DNA from: Saprolegnia diclina VS20
Taxonomy: Eukaryota
Reading direction: 5' to 3'
DNA: 64,000 bases
NCBI RefSeq assembly: GCF_000281045.1
Contig: NW_008246068.1
Coordinates: 1,331,110-1,395,109, forward strand
The position numbers were made by a program, and so were the translations under genes. Below are positions 24,701-34,399 of this stretch, in pieces (the first letter of the stretch is position 1; each line of letters opens with the position of its first letter). Below the pieces are notes generated by a model. It had not been told where the DNA came from. It saw only the letters and a program-made list of their open reading frames with translations, and made no database searches.

Positions 24701-27223
24701 ATGCAGGGCGGCGAAAAGGCGGACGCGGCGGCGCGGGTCATCCAGCGCATGGCGCGTTGCCACGCGGCGCGGCGGTTCATGCAGCACATTGCGACGTCGG
24801 TGTACCGCAAGTGCTACGACGAGTCATCGGGGCTCTACTACTTTTGCAATCTCCGAACTGGCGACACGGCGTGGGACCGCCCCCGCGTCTTTTCTGCTGC
24901 GGTCGACGCGCCCTTCTTTGTCGACCCGGCTTTAGCAGCAGACGACAAGGCGACGCCAGCGGTTGAAGGAAACGACGATGCAGCACTGCCGATCCAGACG
25001 CGCAAGATGCAACGAGACGAGCTCGCACGACTGCGCCAAGAAGGCCTCGCGCTCGTCGCACGCCGCGCCGATGCCAAAGCGTCGCTGGAAGCGTCGCAGC
25101 GCAAGAAGGTGCATCAAGGACGCAAGGCATGGGAGAAGCGGTGTTTGCAGCAGAATGAAGAAGCGCGCATGGAGCGCCGGCGCCAAGTGGCCAACGAGAA
25201 CAAGCAGCTGCTCCAGACCCTCCTCGATGGCACCTATGTACAACCTGTCGTCTCTTTGTCTCCAAGCCACTGACAATATAGAATGCGCTAGAAACCGCAG
25301 CTGGGCTCGATTCGCGATGCCTGTATGCGTGGGGACGTTGCCCGCGTCAACGACCTCTTGCAGCAAGGATTTAGTGCCAATGCAGAGAGCGTACGTGCTA
25401 TACTGCAGCAGCGTATCAAGTTGATAGATGTCACGCAGGCCATGGGACTCACGCCGCTGCTCGCTGCCTGCAGCAACGGCCAATTGGCCGTCGTCCAGCT
25501 TCTTCTCGGCGCCAACGCGGACGTCAACCACCGCCACGTGGTATAACACTACACGCCCTCTCCGTCTCAATAGAAGCCACAGATTACACAGCGGACGCCA
25601 TACATGGAAGCGTGCGAGCGTGCGAATGCGCCGATCTTGCGCGAGCTCTTGCGCGCCGGTACGCTTTCGTAGCGGTGTGTACTCAAATACTGTGACTAGG
25701 GGCCCGCTTGCACTGGCGTGACAAACAGAACCGGTGCGCCGCCGATGGCATCATCGACGCCACGATTCGTGCCATGCACGAGGCGGCGGCGACTACGTGG
25801 ACACCGACGACGAATGGTCTCTTTCCGACGCCCTTTCGCAAGGCTGGACTCGCACTTGCGTTTGTCGCCAAGTGCCAAGCAACCGCGTCCACTCGTGCGC
25901 AGAAGCGGGCGGTGCGGGCGGCGTCGGCCACGCGCATTGCACTCCAAAAACGGTTGGTCGAGTGCAAAGTCCGGTACGCCTGCCACGTAAGACCGTCATT
26001 TTACAGTGAAGAGTGATGGTAGATATGACACGGAAAAACGGCACAGTGATGGGCAAGTCGTCTTGATCCGACGTCGCGCCACCATGGACACGGTCGACGA
26101 ACGGTGCGTCATCGGTCTACGATATCGCGTCATTGTATCTATGCATATATAAACGGGGCGATGTCTCCTATACGTAGGTTTGACGGCGCGCGGGCTGCGA
26201 TCCTGATCGACGCCGAAGACGCTGTGCTCGCACGCCGCCGGGCGACCCAGCCGCGGGCGTTGCTTCCGTCGGACCTATTTCGAATTCTTTCTTATTGCAG
26301 CCGACATTGGTTCGACACGAAAGCAGTGCGATCCCAACAAATACTACCAGCGTACGTGCCCATGGCACCGTCGCGCGTTCGCATCTCGACCAGCGTCCCG
26401 TCGCGCGCTGTCGCTGACCAGCTCGCCGCCAACGCCGCCACGATGGACGTACGGCGACGCCTCCTTCATCGGTGCTGGCTCATCAGGTCAAACGCAGGCG
26501 ATTTGTGCCGAGATGCTTGTGATCGAAGCCACTCAAGCGATCGATCCGGTGCGTGGTGTCTCGTGCCTCAAAGCGTCGGGCGAGAGCCAAGCCGCCGTGC
26601 GCGTCACAATCCTCGAGGCGCGTCACCTCCCGCGTCGTGTCAACCGGCAACTGGTACGACCCGCACCAGCTACAAACACGAAATGGTGTTAGATTAATCC
26701 CTTTGTGCGGGTACGCATTCTCGAGACGAGCGGCAAGGTCGTCGTGCCGTTCGAAGCGACGGACCCGCGCTTCGACGACGAGTGGCCGTCGTGGGACCAT
26801 GCGCTCACGATGCCCGTGCCATCGATCTACTGCGAAATGCACGTGCAAGTCGTCGATCACGCCAGCGGTCGCCCCGAGCTTGCGGGCGAAGTGCGCCTTC
26901 CGCTGCGGTCGTACCTCGACCAGAAGGAGCACGACGAGTGGCTCACACTACCGCCGACGCTCAAGCAGCAGCTTCTCGAAGGCCCTGGCGCCCGGACGCC
27001 GCCAGCGACGTTGCATGTGCTTGTGGCCTTTACCCACGCCAAGGTACGAAGGTCGACCAGATTGCCCACTTCAAATCACACACTCATTATCATTCAGGGG
27101 CTCGTGCTCTACCGCGCCTTGCACGCAGCGATGCGGACGCGCCAAGTCCTTCTGGAGGCGCACCGCGCGAGCGTCAAAGCGCATCTTGAGCAGCAACTCG
27201 CCCAACTCGAAACGCCGACATAA
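24701..27223 (+). CDS. IQ-WW-ankyrin-C2 multidomain protein (may start upstream, near 24358)
   Basis: IQ AARVIQRMARCHAAR; WW YRKCYDESSGLYYFCNLRTGDTAWDRP; ankyrin GLTPLLAACSNGQLAVVQLLL; C2 VRVTILEARHLP..|INPFVRVRIL..VQVVDH..LAGEVRLPL..DEWLTL. Exons splice into one frame. Confidence 0.7.
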
Positions 27224-27245
27224 CCACGACAACAACTACTACTTC

Positions 27246-29297
27246 TTAGCTCGAGGGCTGGGTCGTCTCGACATGGCTGCCAAACGGCTCGTCGACGTCC
27301 GACTCGTCACTCTCAAACACAATCTTCTTGGCCATGGGACGTGCGCCGGTATCAAGCTTGCGCAAGTGCCGGTGCAGACTGTTGAGGAGCGGCGCTGGCG
27401 GGTACGCATCCGAGTAGAGGGCCATCGCGTCATCCAGCGACAACTTGTCTTGTGTCATGAGGTAGTGCAAGAGGAAGAACGCCGCGCGGGACATGGTCGC
27501 GCACTGGAGCCCGATGCGCACTCGCGTCGTCTCCGTGTGTTGCTCTTGGAGCATCGCGATTGCATTGTAGAAGCTCGCAATCAGAGGCGGGTTTGGGAAT
27601 GACTTGTTCAAGAGCCGGACTTCGAACACTGGCACCGAGAGCTGCGCCGGGTCATAGAAGAAGCCGAGGCCGTCCATCGAGATGATGGCATCGAGGTTCT
27701 CATTTGCGTTCCAGGCTTCAAACGCACTCGGCGTCCAGTCCTGTGCCCCAATGTCATAGCGATCGTCCAGCATCGTCTTGAGCGGGACAAACGTGACAGC
27801 GCCCCGCGACAGGATCGGCGCGCCGGCGTTCGGGACGTTGTACCACTGCATCGGCGGCGGCTTGCGTGCATGAGTCGCTGCCTTGGCCTCGGTCACATGC
27901 ATGTTCTTGGTCTTCTTCTTCTGGCCCTTCTTGGTTGAGTTATGCTCCTTGCTGTACTTGGCGAGTGCCCACGCTGGCAGGGACGTCGGGTACGTCACGA
28001 CGTCGTTGGGTGCATACATCTCAAAGAGCGCTTCAATGTACGACGGCTTGAGGAGCCCGGGCGGCCGTGCATCGGCAAAGGCGGCGAGCGCATCGACGAG
28101 CGACAGACCCTTGACGCGGACAAGGTAGTGGATGATGAGGTACCCGGTGCGGTTTAAGCCATGCGTGCAGTGCACAGCAATGTGACCGCCAGATGATGAC
28201 GGCGACGCGTCGAACTGTGTGACGAGCGCAATGAACGCATCGACGATCGCAGTCGTCGGCGCGGCGTGGAAGCCTTCGCAGACGAGCTTCTCGTGCCGGA
28301 CACCCGGAATGTCGTCGTAGTACTTAGTCGTATTCGTGAGGTCGATCACGAGCTGCACGTTGAGGCCGGCGGCCGCTTGGGCCGCGACAAACGCTTCGGG
28401 CGTCCACGTCTCGCTGGGCGGCACGCTGTAGTCGGCGCTGAGCAGCGTGCGCATGGCGACCACATTTGTGTGCGCGATGAGCGTCCCGATCTTGGGCGCG
28501 TGGCGCCAGTTTTCCGGCATTCGCCGCAGCTTTGGCGGACTGCGGCGGTCGTGGCGGCGCTTCTCGCGGTCCCGGACCTTTTCGTGTACATCGCGGTCGT
28601 CTTCGGTGGCTTTGAAGATGTCTGCGCTCGCGAGTTGATCTTGGGACCGGTCGTACTTGGTCTGCGCCCACAACGGCAGCACGGGCAGCTCGAGCTCGTC
28701 GACTTGGTCGAACATCTCAAAGAGCTTCTGGACGTACATGTGCTTGATGAGCCCGGGTGGGCGCGCGGCCGCGAACGTGCGGAGCGCGTCCTTGACCGAG
28801 AGGCCTTGTGTCGCCATGAGGTAGCGCACGACGAGGTAGCCCGTACGGTTGAGGCCATGCGTGCAGTGCACGACAGCGACGGGTGCCAAGTCGTCCGGGG
28901 CATATCGCGCCAACGACGCTTCCCATCGCGACACAACGTCAATGAAGCGGTCGACGATGTCTTCGGACGGAACGTCGGCAAAGCCCTCGACGCGCATCTT
29001 GACGTACTCGACGTTGCGCGTCTCGAGCTCGTTCGCGCCGCTGTAGTACTTGTACGTATTCGTGAGGTCGATGACCATGTGCACCGAGAGGCCTTGGCCA
29101 AAGCACGTATCGAGGAGCTCGAGCGGCGTCCAGCTCTCGTCGCCGTCAACGGCGTACTTGGCATCAAGCGGTACGCGGGCGCAGACAAGGTGGCCGAAGC
29201 GGCCGGTGGCGATGCGCCCGCCCACCTTGGCCACGTCTTCCCAGTGCTCGGGCGGACTCCAGCTTCTCATCTCCCGGTCTCGACTTCGTTTCATCAT
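27246..29297 (-). CDS. Intronless protein with three tandem cysteine-type RNA 5'-triphosphatase (capping-enzyme RTPase/DUSP11-like) domains
   Basis: Two intact VHCTHGLNRTGY P-loops, each with VIDLTNT..YY upstream and F..ARPPG downstream. A third, degenerate repeat carries LQCATMSRAAF. No guanylyltransferase domain. Confidence 0.9.
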   Translation of the reverse strand: MMKRSRDREMRSWSPPEHWEDVAKVGGRIATGRFGHLVCARVPLDAKYAVDGDESWTPLELLDTCFGQGLSVHMVIDLTNTYKYYSGANELETRNVEYVKMRVEGFADVPSEDIVDRFIDVVSRWEASLARYAPDDLAPVAVVHCTHGLNRTGYLVVRYLMATQGLSVKDALRTFAAARPPGLIKHMYVQKLFEMFDQVDELELPVLPLWAQTKYDRSQDQLASADIFKATEDDRDVHEKVRDREKRRHDRRSPPKLRRMPENWRHAPKIGTLIAHTNVVAMRTLLSADYSVPPSETWTPEAFVAAQAAAGLNVQLVIDLTNTTKYYDDIPGVRHEKLVCEGFHAAPTTAIVDAFIALVTQFDASPSSSGGHIAVHCTHGLNRTGYLIIHYLVRVKGLSLVDALAAFADARPPGLLKPSYIEALFEMYAPNDVVTYPTSLPAWALAKYSKEHNSTKKGQKKKTKNMHVTEAKAATHARKPPPMQWYNVPNAGAPILSRGAVTFVPLKTMLDDRYDIGAQDWTPSAFEAWNANENLDAIISMDGLGFFYDPAQLSVPVFEVRLLNKSFPNPPLIASFYNAIAMLQEQHTETTRVRIGLQCATMSRAAFFLLHYLMTQDKLSLDDAMALYSDAYPPAPLLNSLHRHLRKLDTGARPMAKKIVFESDESDVDEPFGSHVETTQPSS

Positions 29298-29360
29298 GCC
29301 CCACTGCGCGTATGCATCCTCTCCAATCAAATCGCATCCGGATACTGTATCCGGTCATTT

Positions 29361-31834
29361 TTATACGGCCCGCGACGTCATCTCGATGGTCTTGATGGCC
29401 GGCACGTGCAGCAGCACGTCGCCGCGGAGGCGCTCGATGGCCTCGGGCGACGTCGGCGACGAGATGCGTACGCGGAGGTACTTGAGCGCTGGCAGCCGTG
29501 CCGCCGATAGCGATGCCACAAACGGCTACACAAGCGACCGTCAGTGACACTGCAGGTGGATGCGACGATACTACCTGCAGCGCCGCCAGGTCGAGGGTGA
29601 GATCGAGCTCCGCGCACTTGGCGAGGCCTGCGCACACGAGCGAGTGGAGCGGCGGCAGGGACGGGATGCCCACGAGTGACAAGCGCTCGAGCTGTCCGTA
29701 GTGCGTCACGTGGCCGAGGAGCTACTTGGCATGATGAGTGCGATCGCCTCATCCGCTCCATGTCACCTCGACCATGGCGTCCAGAGGCGGCGACGTGCAC
29801 TGCAGCGACAGCGTCCGTAGCACGCACGACTCGTCAAGCAAGGCCGAGTTGAGGCTGCTTACGAACGACGCGTCCTGCAGGAGCGTCGATGCATCGAGCA
29901 TGAGGTGCTGGAGCGCTGGCAACGACTGATACGCAAAGGCAGCTGGTTGGCTGGCACCAAGGCACTGGACGTGGCGCAGGTCCAACGTGTGCAGTAAGGG
30001 CGTCTAGCGCACAAGAAATGACGTCCTCTGGGATAGCGCGAGAGCTACCGAGAGCGAGCCAAATAGACCACCGACAAAGCGCGCGGTGAGCGCATTATCG
30101 GCGAGGACCAGTGTCTCGAGGAGTCCGCCACTGTCTTCCAGTCCCTGCAGCAGATCTGATTCGAGACCGTCCAGTCGACTAGTCCAATATGGCGTGTTGT
30201 CGTTGCCTGTATGCTCCAGAGGACACGTACCATTGTTCGAGATGGAGGCTGCGGAGGCGTGGGCAGAGCTTGAGCACCGCCGCGAGCGCCGGCCCTTGCG
30301 ACTGCAAGCTGTTGTACGAGAGATCGAGGCTCTCGAGCAAAGGGAGTGTTGCGGTCGACGCCTACACGCCGTCATCACATACTGAAGTCATCGCCTCGCC
30401 TCACCAAGAGGCCGGAGAAGACAGTGTATGGCGTCATGAGCCCACGCAGGGCGAGCTCGATGACGTGCCGGAAGCCTGCGTTTTGGGCGAGATGCGTGAT
30501 GAGCGAGGAAGCCTCGGCCACGGGTAGCGCCATGTCCTGCATGACCCACTTGGCCACATGGAGGTTTGCTGACGAAGCAATGTTGGCGACCATCGTGACC
30601 TTGTCGACGCTAGTACTCGACGCATGACTCCACTCAATGAGGTTGAAGTACACGGCGCAGGGCACACTCCCATTTGATATGGGGGGGCCCACTGGTTTGA
30701 GTGCCGCTAGAATCGCATGCACCGTCGACTGCGAATACGCATCCAGCGCCGACGCGACCTAGACGCACGCCATGTTTGCTAACTGGCGCCGTCATTATCG
30801 TACCTCTTTCTGGACGGCTTGCTGGAGCGGCAAGCACCGGCGCTTGGTTCGGCTATCGGGAAGACTCGGTGCGCTCTCCACGGGCGGAAGCCCCAGCGCT
30901 TCGTTGTGGAAGGCTTCTGTCGTGCGCTCACGCTCGTCGACGTCGACACCAAAGCTCTTTTTGAGGTCGTTGAGACTCGGCGCGTCATTCGGCTCTTCTG
31001 TGACGGGCCTGATCCATGACGTGGCATCAAGATGGTACAAGATGCTACGCACCGCAGCATCGGCTTCTTGGCCGGTGGCGCACTCTCGGTGATGGTAAAG
31101 CCTCGCCACGGTTCGGCGTCTTCGGTGCAGACGCAGACCGCCATCGACGTGCAGATGCGACGGCTTGTGAGGATGATGTCAGTCCCGTCCTTGATGACGA
31201 GCTCGACGTGGAGGTCGCCGTGGACGACGATTGCACAGCTCGAGTAATGCACGCTGCGCCTACTTTCCATGGACCGCTTGCACTCAAAAACACGCTTGTC
31301 GAGCGGCCCGATGGTATCGCGGTCGAGGATGTCAAACTGCGATTCGAGCATATCAAGCTGCATTGGCTTGCGCTTCTTGAGCTGGCGATGGATCTTCTCG
31401 AGGTCGTTGATGAGCACATTGGCGTCGTCAATGCCAAGACCTAATACACACTTGGTGGTTCGCGCCGCCCCGAGTGGGTGGGATAAAACCGTTGGTTGTC
31501 GCGTTGGCGTGCACGGTCTTGGTCAGCGACTTGTACTTGGCGTGGGTGGTGCTGCGATGGCGAAGCTCGCCTCGCCGAATCTGCACGCCCACGTCGACAA
31601 TGCGCAGGTACTAGTATCGCGTTCTGAGCGGCTGGGCACGCAAATGACATGGTGTACCAGGAAGAACCATTGCTCGACGCCGCGGGGCGTCCGGTTGCTC
31701 GCGACGGCAGCTTCGAGCGTCGCAATCGCAGCCTCGTACGTGGGCACAATGGCTTCAAGGGTCGCATAGATCGTCCGCAGATGCTCTTCGCGGCGCGCCT
31801 TCTTGGCGACCAGCTCGTCCTTGTCCTTGGCCAT
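29361..31834 (-). CDS. Multi-exon protein with a C-terminal leucine-rich-repeat (RNI-like) region
   Basis: LRR-like segments LLETLVLADNAL, LPALQHLMLD, LRTLSL, QLERLSLVGI, LPALKYLRV. ATG at 31834 (MAKDKDELVAKK), stop 29361-29363. Could be two genes. Confidence 0.5.
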
Positions 31835-32048
31835 CTCGCGATCTTGCAGCGTATGTATTCTCAGAGGTTGCTGGAAACGTATTGTGGGAGGTTTGTAATA
31901 TTGTCCAATCAAAACACCGAAAGTGGCAGATCGCAAGGCCATTGGCTAAAAAGCGTCGCGTCGATTGACTGGCGACAACAAATCGCTGGTCCCAGCGGCT
32001 CGGGTTACTAGGATGGCGAAATAGTTTGCAATTTGCCTTTAATTGAAG
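31835..32048. promoter_or_regulatory. Compact bidirectional promoter (LRR gene / RPL18A) with CCAAT boxes
   Basis: Divergent ATGs 214 bp apart; ccaatc at ~31905 and cattgg at ~31940. Confidence 0.5.
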
Positions 32049-33063
32049 ATGCCTGCTGTACGTGCCGACTGCTCTCGAGCTACCAGGTGCTGACGCGCTG
32101 TGATGTAGATCCACCAATACCAAGTCGTTGGCCGCAAGGCCCCCACTGAGTCGGACCCGAACCCGCCGGCCTTCCGCATGAAGCTCTTCGCCCCCAACGA
32201 GGTGCTCGCCAAGTCGCGCTTCTGGTACTTCCTCCACCAGATGAAGAAGATGAAGAAGACGACGGGCGAGATCCTCTGCCTCAACGAGGTACGTGCCTTC
32301 GCTTCCCGATGTGGTCTCGACTGAGACGATGTGCGATCCATGTCGTTATGACATTGGCATCATCATACTATCCTGCGTGCTGGAGCGATGGCGCCGCAAG
32401 GTGCCCGCTCGCTTCAGCGGCCCCGAAATGGGCCTAGACGCTTGCCTGCCACGAGACCTCACGGTCCAGCTTGCAAACCGTCGAATTCTCGCGGCGAGAC
32501 CGTTGTGTGCACTTCTTCCGCCTGTATATGTCGCGCGATGGCGGTGTCACCATAGCATGTGGTCACCGCCACGCGTCGACGGCGACGACTTGCAGTAGCC
32601 GGGTTCTCGCTGGTGACGACGGCAGCGATAGGCGATGGACTGCGTTCGCATCATCCTACCTCGCTCGCTCGATCCATCACGCGATCGAACATGATGGCTC
32701 ATGCAAATCTTCTCTTAGCTTCGCGAGAAGAACAAGCGCATCGTCAAGAACTACGGTGTGTGGATCCGCTACAACTCGCGCTCGGGCACGCACAACATGT
32801 ACAAGGAGTACCGTGATGTGACGCTCTGCGGCGCCGTTGAGCAGATGTACGCCGAGCTTGCCGGTCGCCACCGTGCTCGCCCGCGCTCGATCCAGATCAT
32901 GCGCACGGCCATCCTTGCCGCCAAGGACTGCAAGAAGCCCAACACGCTTCAGTACCACGACAGCGCGATCAAGTTCCCCTTGTCGCACCGCGTGCCCCGC
33001 CCGGCCAACAAGAACCAGCGCACGGTCTTCAAGGCCTCGCGCCCCACGACCTTCCGCAACTAA
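32049..33063 (+). CDS. RPL18A: 60S ribosomal protein L18a (eL20)
   Basis: [42 protein letters not shown]|..[47 protein letters not shown]. Introns 32058-32108 and 32289-32718. Confidence 0.97.
32289..32718 (+). ncRNA. Candidate structured RNA element in RPL18A intron 2
   Basis: 430-nt intron with multiple stems, including a GCAA tetraloop and a GAAA-containing loop (see findings). Confidence 0.45.
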
Positions 33064-34399
33064 GTGGCTTCTTGGTTTCGTGCTGGGAACGCTACGCATT
33101 GTGGCATCGGATGTAGCACTGGCAGTCCTCTTTACAGTTCGTAATCTGGTCTTCAATTAAGCATCACTCTTAAGGCTACCTTGTCTCTTCTACTACAGAC
33201 AGTATCGTTACTCAGCTACACACTGCAGGTTGAGCGGTGTATACCCTCGACTCTGCAATCGGAGGCAATCGTGCGAGGGTACCCTAACCTCAGAAGGCAA
33301 CTCTGTGCTAGTTACGCAGCGCCGTTGGTGCGAGGAATACAGCTAGCAGGTAGTCAAAAGCCCTCTTGGCCCTTTGCAAGCAAGCGGCGGTTCATGGCGC
33401 AAGCCTTCTTGCGAGAGAACCGTGTGCGACTTGGTTCATGGCGGGGCCAAGCTGGGCGCCAACATGCTCTATGACAAGATATTTCGATATGCCCGAATTT
33501 CGGTTGCAATTGGCTGCTTTTTCGTTTTTTAGCCAATGACAGACCATGGATAGACCTGTGCACGCGGATTGGCCAATGTCGCTTCCTTCTTGAACAGCAG
33601 CCAATCAAACCCAACGGAGAACCAAACTTGAGGTGATCTTCAACTCGATCGATCCACGCTGCTGGTGCTCATGAGATGCTGCTGCTTCGACGCGCGCGCG
33701 TCGCCTTGGAGGACGCAGCATTCAGCAGCTGCAAGCGTCTTCGCACTGGTGCAACTGTTATGGTGCATCTGTACGCTTCCAGTACCCAACCGACGCATAT
33801 AGCCAGCTCCATGGAAGTCGAGCGTCACGACGACGCAAGTTGCGTGTTATTGTCAATGCGGTACCCAGTAAACCGAGCACAACTAAACACACGCGTCTCA
33901 ACTGTCGAGCGCTGGTTCCCAAAACCGCGCAGACCATGGAGCGCGAGGGCCAGCTGCAGCATCAACTTGTATCCGTACAGTAACAACGACCTGTGACGCA
34001 GCAAGACGCCGCTCAACATGTTACTTGCCCATCCAGCGCAAGCACTAGCGCGTCGATACGCAACCAGCACCCGTGCGCCAACGCTCACGAGCGAGAGGAC
34101 TCCAAGACGCACAAATTCGCAGACATTCCAGCGCCATCTTCACACTAGCGTCCATACGACCAAGAACGTCGTGAGTTGGTGCACGCACGTACCAAGACGC
34201 AACGCACGTTTTGAGGATGACCGCGGCGTCTGATGTCGCCTTCGACGTGCGCCATCGAAGCTCCAGGTGCCCGCTCGATCGCCCGGTGACTCTGCCGGTG
34301 ACTCTCAACGAAGAAGTTTACTGTCGGCAAGACGTCACGCCGACAGAGCACGGTAGCGTCAACGTCCGAGTCGTCAGCGTCATGGGATTCAACATGCAG

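Noticed and set aside
29297..29363. Stop-codon read-through fusion of the LRR gene into the in-frame RTPase
   Set aside because: A second in-frame stop (TGA) follows two codons later.
32300..32700. TPP riboswitch, SRP RNA, RNase P/MRP or C/D snoRNA identity for the RPL18A intron
   Set aside because: CTGAGA is present but the rest of the TPP core is not; no SRP helix-8, GGAAAGUC or paired C/D boxes were recognised.
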